Assembly: GCA_964016885.1 (NCBI GenBank)
Contig: OZ024741.1
Span: 88,412,001-88,476,000 of the forward strand
DNA length: 64,000 nt
Source: Eledone cirrhosa
Lineage: Eukaryota
Direction: 5' to 3'
Within the stretch, counting starts at the first letter, position 1. Each line of letters opens with the position of its first letter. This document shows positions 50,366 through 62,939 of the stretch, one piece after another. Position numbers and translations under genes: made by a program. Under the pieces are notes generated by a model. It was not told the origin of the DNA, made no database searches, and saw only the letters and a list, made by a program, of their open reading frames with translations.

Positions 50366-51556
50366 ATCATCATCAACGTTTAACATCCGTGTTCCACGCT
50401 TGCATGGGTTTGGACGGGGGTTTTCCCACTTGAGGCAAGAGTGTTTGTCTTGCTCGCATAGGACTGTCTGGCAGGTTTTCTACAGCTGGATGCCCTTCCT
50501 AACACCAACCACATTTACAGTGTGGGGCTGGGAGGTTTTTACCGTGTTGCCTACACGACTACATTACAGCGTGGACTGTGTCTACACGATCTCATTTGTT
50601 TCGGCCTGGATGTTGTGGCACCAACATAACTTTACATTGAAGGGGCGGTGTGGATAGGGTGAGGGGGTGGGGGGATTTTGTTAGAGATGCCTACTGGCTG
50701 TAGTAGGTTTTACTTTGTATTTAGGTAAGGCGGGTCTTCTCTATTACTGAGTACCGCCAAAGGTCTCGGTCCAGTGACATTGTCTTGGAGAGGTGTAAGT
50801 GTGTTAGGTCAGAATTTATCAGCTCGTCCCAGGTTTTTCTGGGTCTGCCTACTCCGTAGCTACCGTCTATCTTTATTGCCCTGCACTTTGTTATACAGCT
50901 GTCGTCTTTCATGCGCATCACGTGACCATACCAACGTAGCCTTCTCTCGAGTAAACAACATCTGATCCCTCTTATTTCTAATTTTTTCCATAGTTCGCTT
51001 ATGCTTTGCCGTTCACGTATGTTTCTATTACACATCCAGCGGAGCATGCAAGCTTCGTTCCTCTCTAGTCTGCGTATATCTTCTGCACACAATGCCCAGG
51101 TCTCACTGCCATGCAACATTGCTGTTCGTATGCAGGCATCATACAACCTGCCTTTCATTCTTAGGGAGATCCCTTTAGCGACTAATAGTGGTATAAGCTC
51201 TCTGAACTTTTTCCAACCAGTTCTGACTCTAGCTACTGTACTTTCAGAGCACCCTCCCCCACTGCTGATTTTGTCGCCCAGGTAACGGAAGCTGTCCACT
51301 ATTTCTATAGGACCCTCTGCGCAATTGAAAGAGCTAGTATTTTGTGGGCACTTGCTGCTACTTATTGCACCAGAGCACCGGCCACATGTAAAATCTATGT
51401 TCTTAGTTAGCTTACCTGTGATCCCACTACATCTTTTATGCACCCATACTTTGCATTTGGGACATAAAATGGAGTTTCTACCTACGCCTTTCCTACACAC
51501 TAAGCATGGCCATTTCCCGGAGGGGACCGGCGCCTTATTTTCTTTCCTACAAACTA
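50366..51556 (-). mobile_element. 5'-truncated RTE LINE, tail-to-tail with the previous copy
   Basis: 259-aa ORF almost identical to the C-terminus of 47682-49721; 3' UTR and (GAT)n tail. Confidence 0.95.
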
Positions 51557-51937
51557 GATATAAATATATATAAGGAAAAAAATCGAAAATGCAACTGAAG
51601 TCTTTTTAAGAATATTTATTAATTTCCTTTACATGTTGCACAGTTTTTACGCTTTTCAAAAGTAAAATTGAGATGGCGGGTTTGTGGTTTATATATATAT
51701 ATATAAGTATATAAGTCACTGAAGTTCATTCTACATACCTTACTGTGAGGAGAATATAGGGCAGATCTATGACAGAACTGTTAAAATGTTACATGTGACA
51801 TTCGAATTTCCTGTCTTCATCTCTTATCTATTTAGGGTTACAGAAGTTAGAGTTTAACAGCAAACAGCATTGTGTGTCAGTCCCCAGCATCACATTTTAT
51901 TCTACAGATACACACACACACACACACACAAATATAC

Positions 51938-51983
<46 letters not shown>

Positions 51984-52569
51984 CCAAATATACACAGAAA
52001 AAATATATACATATATATCATCATCATCATGTATGTGTGTATTTATGTGTCATTGCCTGTACACATATTATATTACAGCTATTGTCTTAGATCTATTTAT
52101 TTATTTTCTTTCTTTCTGCACTAATTAAAACAACATTATACCGATCAATTTTATTTTAAATATCATAGTAACTAATAACCAATTTATTTATCTGTATAAA
52201 ACATTGTTGAGCAAAAATAATCTAATCTGTGAGAATCAAGTTCTCGACCTACTTTTGATATTTTACTTCAAGCCAATTTCTTTTACTTATGTTGCTGTTA
52301 ATGCATCATGTACAATGTTACAACTCCATATTTTCCCTCCCCCTTAGAATATGTTTCAGTCCAGATAATGTAAAATTGTTCTTCTACCCAATCTAGAAAC
52401 ATCACAACTTCTTCAGGACAGTCTATTGGCAGATTAGATAGAACTTCTAATAAAATTTGTGTCAGTATTATTTGTTCCAGCTCTCTGATCTCTGCGTTCA
52501 AATCCCATTGAGGTAAACTTTGCCTTTCATACCTTTGGGCTCCTGAGATCAAATCAAAAATATTATTAT

Positions 52570-52805
52570 CTATCAACTAGACATTCAGCTTAGAGCATTC
52601 TCTACAGACAAACTAGAGACAACTATGAAATCAGTGAAGAATAGAAAGGCAGTCGGACTAGATGAAATTCTTCCTGAGGTGTGGAAGACAAGAAAGTTTG
52701 GTGACATCCTTCTGCAACTCTGCAAATCCATTTACCATCAAAGCTGTATTAAGAAATCATCAAAACGATGTATCCTTACCACCAAGATATATAATGCAAT
52801 AATAC
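52570..52805 (+). mobile_element. RTE-like RT N-terminal remnant
   Basis: KSVKNRKAVGLDEILPEVWKT...LLQLC. Confidence 0.65.
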
Positions 52806-53275
52806 AAATTTAATTATAAATGGGTAATAACTACATAGTTAATTAATAAAAGTGTTGGTTTATTTGCAATGTTTTTGAAGAACCACAGTAGGATTAAACA
52901 AGGGATTAGGTTATTTTGGGGAAAACTGTAAATAACTAAACTCACCTTTTCATTACTTAAATATAGGTCTAACTGAGGAGGAAGGATGAGGTATTGTCTA
53001 TTAAACTGACTCAGTATATTAATAGTATTTATCTTATTGACTCTGGGATGACAATGAAAGTCAACTATGAAAGGATTTGAACTCAGAATGTTGAAAAAGG
53101 AGATAAATCAGAAAGAAATGTAATCCACTGTTGTTGCTGCTCTACCATTTCTACTAATTCCACTCAAATAAATCAATCAATAACATTGTCTACATGAGTC
53201 ATCAATATTTATTTCTTGGCACACAGTCTTAGATTTATATGGAAGTGTGGGGAAGTGAGATTTCCACATGTTGAC

Positions 53276-53828
53276 TAAGTCTCTCTCAGAGCCTTAAATC
53301 TTTTTCCAGGCTTTAAGTAAGATCAAGCCTCTCTTAAAGCTCTAACTGATGATCAAAATTTACTCAGGTCCCTTAGTGAAATCAAGACTTTCTTAAGGGC
53401 CTAACTGAAGTGAAGCCTTTCTCAGGGCTTTAAGTAAGATCAAGCCTCTCTCAGAGCTCTATCAGATCAAACCTTTCTCTGGTCCCCAAGGGAAAACAAG
53501 CCTCTCGGAGAACCTTAGCTAAAAGGAAGTCTTTCTCAGGGCCTTAAATGAAATCAAACTTTCCTCAGAACCCTAACTAATGATGAAGCCTCTCCCATAG
53601 CTCTTTTCAGGGCTATAACTGAGACAAAGCCTTTCTCGGGGCACTAAATAAAATCAATCCTTTCTTGGGTCCCAAAGTAAAATCAATCTTCCCTTGGGTC
53701 CCTAAGTGAAATTAATCATCTCTCAGGTCCTCATCTGAAAGCAAGCCTTTCTCAGGACTTTAAGTGATATCAAAATTTCCTCAGGTCCCTAAGTGAAATC
53801 AAGACTTTCTCAGGGGCCCTAACTGATG
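53276..53828. repeat. Diverged minisatellite, about 31-bp unit, roughly 17 copies
   Basis: Recurring AAGCCT(C/T)TCTCAGGGCC(C/T)TAA(G/C)TGA(A/G)ATC. Confidence 0.85.
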
Positions 53829-54504
53829 GTATAGATGTGATATGACTACAATTGGAAAATGAAAATAAGTCATAGAAACATTGTACCAACAATTTACTTC
53901 TACAGTGTTCCTCACTATATCAGTTATGTTGTCATCATCATCATCCTTTTTATGCCCACTTGTCAATGCTAGCACGGATAGGAGTCTATTTTGAGGCAGC
54001 ATTCGATGATCAAATACTCTTCCAGATACTACCATAGCTTTTTTTTTAATGTTGTAAGTATGATACTTATTCCATTGACCTTTGCTGAACTCTTAAGCTG
54101 CAGGACATATACAAATGGTGGCACTTGCTTAAATGGTGTCATGAAGACACATCGAGATAGACACACATGCACACATACACACACACATATATATATATAA
54201 AACACACATATATGTGTACATACACACACATACATACGTATGTACATACATATGATGAACTTCTGCATAGCCTCTGTTTACCAGATTCACTCACAAAGCA
54301 TTGTTCTGGCCGAGGCTATAATAAAAGACACTTACCAAAGGTGCTGCATGGTGGGTTTGAACCCAAAATCATGTGTCAAAGCAAGCTTCTTAACCAAACA
54401 ACCATATGGTTGCCTCAACAGAAGCTAAAGTGTTAGGATGGCTTTAATCCTTTTGATACCAAAAAACCTGGTTCTATGATAAAAAACCGGTTTATTTTAA
54501 AGAT

Positions 54505-54642
54505 TTTATCATCATCATCATTTTACATCTATTTTCCAAACTTGCATGGGTTTATCATCATCATCATTTTACATCTATTTTCCAAACTTGCATGGGTTTA
54601 TCATCATCATCATTTTACATCTATTTTCCAAACTTGCATGGG
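54505..54642 (-). repeat. Triplicated 46-bp RTE/SINE 3' terminus
   Basis: TTTATCATCATCATCATTTTACATCTATTTTCCAAACTTGCATGGG x3, identical. Confidence 0.95.
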
Positions 54643-56989
54643 TTAGATGAGTTGGTTAGACAGGCAGACTAGAGGACTGTGTCATGCCCGTACACTTCTT
54701 TTTGGTATGATATCTATAGTTGGATGCTCCTTTCCATACTAACTACTTTGTGGCATGTATTAGGTTTGTTTTCTCATTCCATCACCACTTCCAATTGATT
54801 GGGTGGACTAGGTGCTTTTTTCTGACATCAACACTACAACTTTATAATGTGGGCTGAGTGCATTTTATCATGGCACCAACACTACCACTTTATAGAATGG
54901 GCTTGATGAATTTTATCATGACATCACTTCCACTATCCAATATTGGTGAATGCTGACAGAAAGGGTAAAGAACCCCTTCGGTCAAGAATAACCATGGGGT
55001 TTGCACTTAGAAAGTTCCCCTCCAAGGCACAAGTCCAGGCAAGGTTGTTTGTGGAAAACCAGTAGTCGACAATGCATACCAGTCTCCCCTCTCCACTCCA
55101 ACGATGTTGTCCAAGGGAAAGGCAATGACAGATACAACTTGGCACCAGTGATGTCGCAACTCATTTTACAGCTGAGTAAACTGAAACAACATGAAAATAA
55201 AGTGTTTTGCTCAAGGAAACAATGCATCCCAGTCCGAGAATCAAACTCACAACCTCATGACTACAAGCTCAATGCTTTAACCACTAAGCCATGCACCTTC
55301 ACATGCTGACAGTAATTTATTGCAAAACCAGAAAGATCACATTTCAACACTAAAACTCTTGTATTCTCAGCTAGGCTGCATCATAATTTAATGTAAAAAC
55401 CATTACAAACACCAGCTTCGAATAAGAATCTGACTATGAAGACTGATGCTTCAGGCAATTTTGGGAGAGCAATTTACCTTTCCATTTGGAATCCAGTTAC
55501 ATGTTGAAATTGCTGCTGCATTGGAAGCACGATCATCCTCATTTACATCATTACCACTACCACCACCACCACCACCATCACCACAACCAGTGCCACTACC
55601 ACAATCACTCCAACAACCAACATCACTACCACAACCACCATTGTAACCACCACCACCATCACCACGGTTTCCATGTTGGCATGGGTTGGAAGGGTTGTTA
55701 CAGACCAAGCCAGTACTTAATTGGAGCTACTATGAGTCATTAATATCAATATTGATTCTGACTCACAGTTGACAAATAATGACATTCTTGGATTACTGTC
55801 TACAGAAGGAACTAACCATTTATTGTATAGTGGTGGGGAAGGTGCATACATTACACTATACAGTACCAGATGACATTGTTATATGATACATTGTTTATGT
55901 CTTCACTTTAAATTCCAAATTCTAATGGCTATCACATCTCAAGGGTTGATTAACCAAATACTGATTGAATTGTGGGAGGAATCAGTTAAAACAATTGTTA
56001 TAAATATATATATAATCATCATCATCATCACTTAACATCTGCTTTCCCTGCTAGAAAGCGCTTGACAGTTTATCATGGGCTGAATCAATATTGAAGCAAA
56101 GCTACTGACTTCTCAGATAGGCCCGAGGCTTAGGCTGGCTGAGGACCCACTTCTTGCTTACAAACATTTCTACACTCTACTGAGTGCATTTTATTGTGAC
56201 ACAAACACTAGGGAAAATGTCAAGCCTTTGACACAGCTGATGAGTCCTCCTAAATTCTCACATTATGATGCTATACAGGTCAAGCAATCATGTCTTGCTC
56301 ATATGTTCCATTTTTTACTTACCTTCCTACAACTTTATGCCCTTCCTAATGCCAACCACTTTACATCATTGTGTACTGGGAGCATTTTTGTGGCACCAAT
56401 ACTACCACCTTATAGAGTTGAGTGGATGATTTTGGGAGGCACCAGAATTATCACTTTACAGGGTGGGCTGGTTGCTATTTATCATAGCACCAATATTATC
56501 ACCTCAAAGAGTGGACTGGGTGCATTTTATCATAACACCAGTAGAACCTCATTATGACATTAGGGTGTTCACTGTGTCCTTGGCTCAGCTGGGAAAGCAG
56601 TGTTCAGGGTCGGGGTTTAAGATGAGAGGTTCTGGGGGCTATATGTGCTTGCTGAAGGAGGTAGTCAGTGGAAAAATGTGCATCGTGTCATGGGAGTAAG
56701 CTGCACATGGCAGCATATGGTGGGGCTGGCCCATCTTTCCATGCACACATGGGTTGAACAGGGAAGGTGAATTGGGGATGTGGGTGGTAGAGATCTAAGG
56801 TGGGGGACTTGGATAAGGAAGGAGGTGGGATGGGTGAGTATTAAAAAAGGGGAAAGTGTACTATGGAGAGTAGTGTATACTGGCAGATGGGACATAAATG
56901 TTACCACACTTCTCTGCTTCTTCACTACAACCATCTCCATACTTATTTCATCCTGTATGGATAAGGAGTATAACATGTTGCCAGTGAAC

Positions 56990-57600
56990 TCAATTCTGTG
57001 TCATCTTTTTCATGAGGTTAGCCTTCATCATATTGTCCCAAGTTTTCTTAGATCTTCCTCTTGCATAGTATTCAACTTTGAGTGCCCTGCACATTTTTAT
57101 ACAGTTATCACCCTCCATATGCATCACATGTCCATACAAATGCAGTCTCTTCTCCAGCACACTGGATCTGTCCCCCTCTTACATCCAGTTTCTCTCTCAG
57201 TTTATTGATGCTTTGTTTCTTATGGATAGTACTATTACTTCAATGCAGTATTGCTGTTCATACACAAGCATCATACAGACTGCTTTTCATGCGGAGGGAG
57301 AAACCTTTTGTAACCATCAACAGTAGTAGTTCACTGAACTCTTTCTACCCAATCCTCACTCTGTCTACTGCTAATTAAGTCAGCCACGTATCAGAAGCTG
57401 TCAAGTACTTCTTGGGAACTATCTGAGCATTTGATAGAGCTTGTTTCGTGTAAGCCGTTGATGTTTACTGCTCCTATGCATTTGCTACAAATAAAGCCTA
57501 CATTCTTTGCTAACCTATGTGAGATCCCGCTACATCCTTTATGTACCCATAGTTTACATTTGATACATAGAATGGAATTTCTACCTACTCCTTTCTGCAT
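56990..57600 (-). mobile_element. Old RTE fragment with PHD-like insert
   Basis: KGVGRNSILCIKCKLWVHKGCSGI...FICSKC. Confidence 0.82.
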
Positions 57601-57739
57601 TTCCCTGGTGGAATTAGGGCCATGTACTTACTCTGACTTTAATCTTTGCCATGTTGACTTTCAGAATTTGCCTCTTGAAGATTAGTCTGAAAGAAAGGCC
57701 TCAGAGTGTGTTAAAGTTTATGCAGCAAACAGAAAGTCT

Positions 57740-58110
57740 GAATACAGATCCTTCCTTGATGAAATCACTGCAGCATTAGATAAATCATATATCCTAATGG
57801 GAGATTTCAATGCACATGTTGGCACTGACTACCTGACATAGAAAGGAGTGGTTGGAAGGAACGGCGATCCCAATCTAAATATGAATAGACAAAACTTATT
57901 AGACATCTATTCTAGTCTATTACAAACACCTTCCTCCAGCACAGAGACATCCACAAATACACATGGTATAAGAGGAATTGGAGACAGAGATCAATAAGTG
58001 ATTTTGTTATTGTTGTTGATCTTTTTCATTCTCTGCTGGATGTTTGTGTTAAGAGAGAGGCTGAGATGTTAAGTGATCACCATCTAGTTATCTGCAACTT
58101 GAGACTACCT
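57740..58110 (+). pseudogene. APE endonuclease fragment of an RTE LINE
   Basis: ILMGDFNAHVG...GVVGRNG...ITNTF...YTW...SDHHLV. Confidence 0.85.
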
Positions 58111-58617
58111 AAAGAAGAGAGCCCACACACTTCTCCCATACACATTCTCTCTCTCTCTGACACACACAAACATACAAGCACTCAGTTATTTTATACTAAA
58201 CCACCTAAAACCTGTCATGGTTCTATGATACAAAACTTTAAGTTATGTTTCAAACACCAGTTTAATAATAATAAAGTTAATTGAATTATTAACGTTCTCC
58301 AAATTCTTTATTTTTTCAAAAGGCTTTGAAAATAATAGATGGTCTTTCATTAGAATGTTATAAGAAAACAAATTTGTGGCATTAATCTAGGGATATATAA
58401 AAAAAATGTACTCACTCGCGGCCCTTCTATAATAATAATAATAATAATAAGTGTTTCTACTTTTGACACAAGGCCAGCAATTACTGCAGTGCATTACTGG
58501 TCTTTTATTTTATCGACCACATAAGGATGAAAAGCCAAGTTAACCATAGCAGGATTTGAACTCGGACCGTAAAGGCCATAACTCTATGCTGCAAAGCATG
58601 GTGTCAGACACTACCGA

Positions 58618-61075
58618 AATAATAATAATGCTTTTTATTAACCACAAAAGGGTTTACAAAGAGACATATTAAGGACAGTACAAATATGGATTTCTGCATG
58701 TATAAAAACAAAAAAACAAAAACAAAGGATGTAACAAAAAATCAAAACAAAGGAAAATTCCCCAATAGGGAGAAGACTTCCAAGGGTCGCTCATGGAGAA
58801 AGCCCACAAAAAGCTACGGTGACCCTGACCACCAGAGCAAGTGCCCTCTCCCAGTTTTCCACCTCCAATCTACAGGCACATACTCAGATCAGGCCCATTC
58901 ACTCAGGCCATGCTCACCTCTCTTACCTATCTTTCAAAAAATTGTTGGGAAGGGAGCACTTCCACCTCCACCATGATTTTCCTTTTCAAACGTGCCCACC
59001 ACACGACCTCTTTTGCCATGGCCACCAAGCAGACAGAAATTGCCTGCCCTTCGAGCTAAATGAAGACGGCAGGGCAATCTTCACAATGGACTCAGCCGAT
59101 AGCTGGATCCGTCGTACACATGACTGTTAGTGTTCGACATAAACCCACCAGTCAGCAATGCTCTGACACTTGACGAGTGCATGCAGGGCAATTTTGTTGC
59201 CCTGCATGCATCCCGGACAGGTCTAGCTCTTGGCACTTCCATGCCTGTAATGTTTATCTTGAACTGGCGAAGTTCTTTGGTAGCACTACAAGGCCAGGGA
59301 TTTCTGGAAATTATCCATGGGCCTTGGCCCGAAAGTTCTCCGCAAGAGATTGGCTAGTTGATTTTCATCGACAGCCAGAGCTTCCCCATGGACATTATTG
59401 CTCTTAACTTTGCCTTTCATCCTTACGGGGTCGATAAAATAAAGTACCAGTAATGCACTGGGTAATTGCTGGCCTTGTGCCAATAGTAGAAACAATTATT
59501 GCTCTTACCCTCTACTAACCCTTTATAGAATGCCAAGGTGGAGTTTCCACCGATCATAAGGCTCAAATGGGTGAGGGCTTGCAGCACCTGAAGACATTCT
59601 AGTCTCCAAGCCCTCCCTCTCGGTCATCACTTGACCCAGAACTGCAGCTCCCTGAAGGAGTCAAGCTGGGGAAAAACACGTCTAGCAAATAGCGACCACA
59701 CCTGTTCAGTCATGGAAGTGCTGGAGATGTAGCCTCAGCGCATGTTTGCACAGCATGCCCAGCCCTCCATGTAGCGGGTGTTTACAGCAGATAGACCACC
59801 TGACCATCAAGGCGTATTCCTTCCACAATAAATGAAAGAGCAAATGCTCCAGTGCAGTCAGGCGAGGCTTGGGACATGGCACGACGCTCATGAGGTAGTA
59901 GATGATGGACACAATTTATGCGTTTGCCACCTCCGCCCAACCTTTCAACCCATTTCTGCATGAGAGAGCCCACCCTGCTTGTCACCTCATCCCAGTTTTT
60001 GTTCATTTGGAGGTCCAGACCAAATCAGACCACTTGCAATTTAACCGGTCCGTCCGTCCAGCGCTCATCAGTAGGCCTGCCTATCCAGGTGCCGAGCTGC
60101 AGGCCTACTGACTTTTCCTGGTTAATCTTTGCTCCTGTTATCACCTCATACTCCTTGAGAGCAGTGCTGATCGTCTCAATGTGTTTGGTGCTTGACACCA
60201 CTACAGTGACACCATCCGCATAAGCTGACACGGTTCATCCGCATCCCAGGTCGCATGGGGTGCTCCTCAACATCTCTCGAGAGTCAATACATACAAGGAC
60301 AAGAGGGGACCTCCTTGGTGGACCGAGCGCATGATGTTGAACGGTTCCAAAAGGTGACCGTTCACTCTCACCACAGAGATGTTGCTGTGCATGGCAGGGA
60401 TCCAGCCTCTGAAGATGGGCCTAAAGCTAGCTGCCCTCAGGACCACTGCCAGATATTGATTGTTGACCCTATCGAAAGCTTTTGACTGATCTAAATTGAT
60501 CAAGACCCCACCTGTGCCTGGTTCCTTAGCTACCATCTCCATGATGTGGAGGTTGTCGTAGATAAATTTGTCTGGAATGGCGCATGTCTTTGCCTCTCCC
60601 ACCAGACTCCTTACAAGCACCAACCTCGTCACTAATACCTTGGCGAAAATCTTGTACTCTGCATTCAGCAGAGTTATGGGCCTGAAATTATCTATCTTAA
60701 CCCCCTTGTTTGGGTTCCTTCTCAGTAGCACCACCGCTCCTCAGCTCAAAGAGCAGGGAATTCTCCTGTTCTGCTGCCAGTTGCAGTAGACATCTGCCAA
60801 CAGGTCGACGAACAAGTCTGGCATGTGTATGTAAAGCTCGTAGGGTAGACCATCCAAACCAGGTGATTTACCCATTGTGCAACTAGTCATTGCTTCCTGT
60901 ACTTTAGTGGCTTTTCGCAAACTCTGCCTCAGTGGTCGAGAGCCATGGCAAACTATCAAGGTAGACACTAAAGTCCATCCCACAATCTGGCCCACCGCTG
61001 TCCCCAAACAGCTGAGCAGGAAGGGCGGTTCCTCTGTTCTTCTGGCTAGTTATGGCTCTCTCCGCAAGGATGTCT
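58618..61075 (-). mobile_element. Second Tx1/L1-clade LINE copy (ORF2 RT and C-terminus), degraded
   Basis: KSPGLDGLPYELY, NFRPITLLNAEYKIFAK, LDQSKAFDRV, SAYADG; 3' UTR matches 13810-14040; SINE inserted at 59407-59494. Confidence 0.9.
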
Positions 61076-61139
61076 TTGTACATCCTTCTGGGGTGCGTTT
61101 CATGGAAATCTCGAATGTCATTGGGGAATTTTCTTTTTA

Positions 61140-62255
61140 AAATAGTATGTCTTTTGTGAGATACATGTTCTTTGTATGTGTAAAAGTCCGATTTTAGTGT
61201 GGTTGGAAAAATTTGAGCGTCAAACTCGATCCATCTTGTTGCAAGCTGACCATGCTTGGGCCTTTCTGGTGGCAAAATCCTTCTTGGAGTCCATGATCCA
61301 GGACCCAAGATACTTGAAATCCTCGACATGCTTGATATCACTGCCATTGATTGCTTTGATGTTGTTGCCTGTACAGTTTGATATGTACTCTGTTTTACCC
61401 TTGTTGAGATGAAGGCCAAAAGTTGTTGCGCATTTTCTAGGCAATCTGCAAGAAGTGCAATGTCATCTGCAAAGTCAAGGTCTCAATGAGATGTTTAGAG
61501 GGGTGCCTAGAGCTCATGCGGCATTTGATGGTTATACTTTTGTTATTGATTTTGTCAATCCAGAGTCTCAGAGCGCAGTCTAGTGCAATGATAAAGAGGA
61601 ATGAGGGAAGAGTGTCACCCTGCAGAGATGTCAAAGAACTCTGTTGGGCCATCAGGGTTGAAGATAGTGGCACTTATGTTGAGATACAGAACCTTAATTG
61701 CTTCCACAATAGGACTGAAGTAAGGTTTGGGTCTTTCCAAATTACACTGGGTATGTTGACAAGACCGGGTGATTTTTTTTGTTTTCGAGTCTTTTGATCA
61801 CCTGGTTGATCTCACAAACTTTGGGAGATCGCCTTCTACAGGAGATGGTTCGCCTAGTAGACTCTTCCAAGTAACAATTCAACCAATCTTGCCATATGGA
61901 AGTGAAAGATGGGCGAACGCCTTGATGGCACCTACACTTGCCTGATTCAACGCATTCAGAACAAATGCTGGCGACATCTCATTTTGAAAGAAATATATGC
62001 CGACCTCCCTCTCATATCTGTCATTGTACATAAAAGGAGAGTAAGATTTGCTGGCCATCATGAGGCTGTGTCCCCATTAGTGTTTTGGAAACCACAAGCA
62101 GTCACTAATAACAGGGTGCGCAAGCTCTCCTATCCTGGTGGCATGTCCAGAGATTCTGGTATTGAAATCCAGGATTTGGCAGCGGCAATGAACGTCAGAC
62201 CCACGTGGAGATCAATTGTTGAGTCAATTTCGGCTGAGGCCGCTAGATGATGATT
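61140..62255. mobile_element. RTE LINE with inverted 5' segment
   Basis: Minus strand 61875 to 61170: PGLVNIP..IWK, QGDTLPSFLFIIALD, FKYLGSWI, AWSACNKM; plus strand from about 61880: PILPYGSERW, LDGTYT, RRVRFAGH, then TGATGA. Confidence 0.8.
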
Positions 62256-62939
62256 TGTATGTATGTGGGTGGTATGAATTTTTGTAGTGTTGTGTAGTTT
62301 TTCTCTATGATGCTGATGAGCTGGATGTAGTGCAATAATTGTTTGTTCGTGATTAACCCTTTAAACGGCCAGCATTCTTTCACCTCTTTCTGTTCAAACC
62401 GGCTGCTCATACTTATTTTAAGGTATTGTTCTCAAAATAAATAATATATAATAATCTCGTAGATTCGATATTATGTGAAACACTTATGTCCTGTGTCTTC
62501 TACTCATTATTATAGGGGACATTGTTTAAATTTATGGTAACGAAAGGATTTAAAACCGCCAGAAAATAGCAGGCAATATCTTCGTATTAACACAAGAGAC
62601 TGAATAATTTTTTTTCTTAAATACAATATCATTTCTGATAAAGAGTGAAAGAATTATAGTCGATTTACTTATCCATAAATGAACAAAAGTGTGTCTTGTT
62701 AGACGGTAATAAATTGTATTTATGTACTTTTTAAGTTCCAGTCAACAAGCTATTTTGTAAAAATAAAGGGAGGTTACTAAATATATGGTTATCCCCCTTA
62801 TATATATTTAACAGAAATGTTTGTCAATATTGCCGTGTAATCAAGGCGATGGAAAGCACCGGGCGAAACCTTTAGTGTTTAGTCATGAACAGTTATAGTA
62901 AATTAATGGCGAAATTATCCAACAACGCATTCAGTCATC

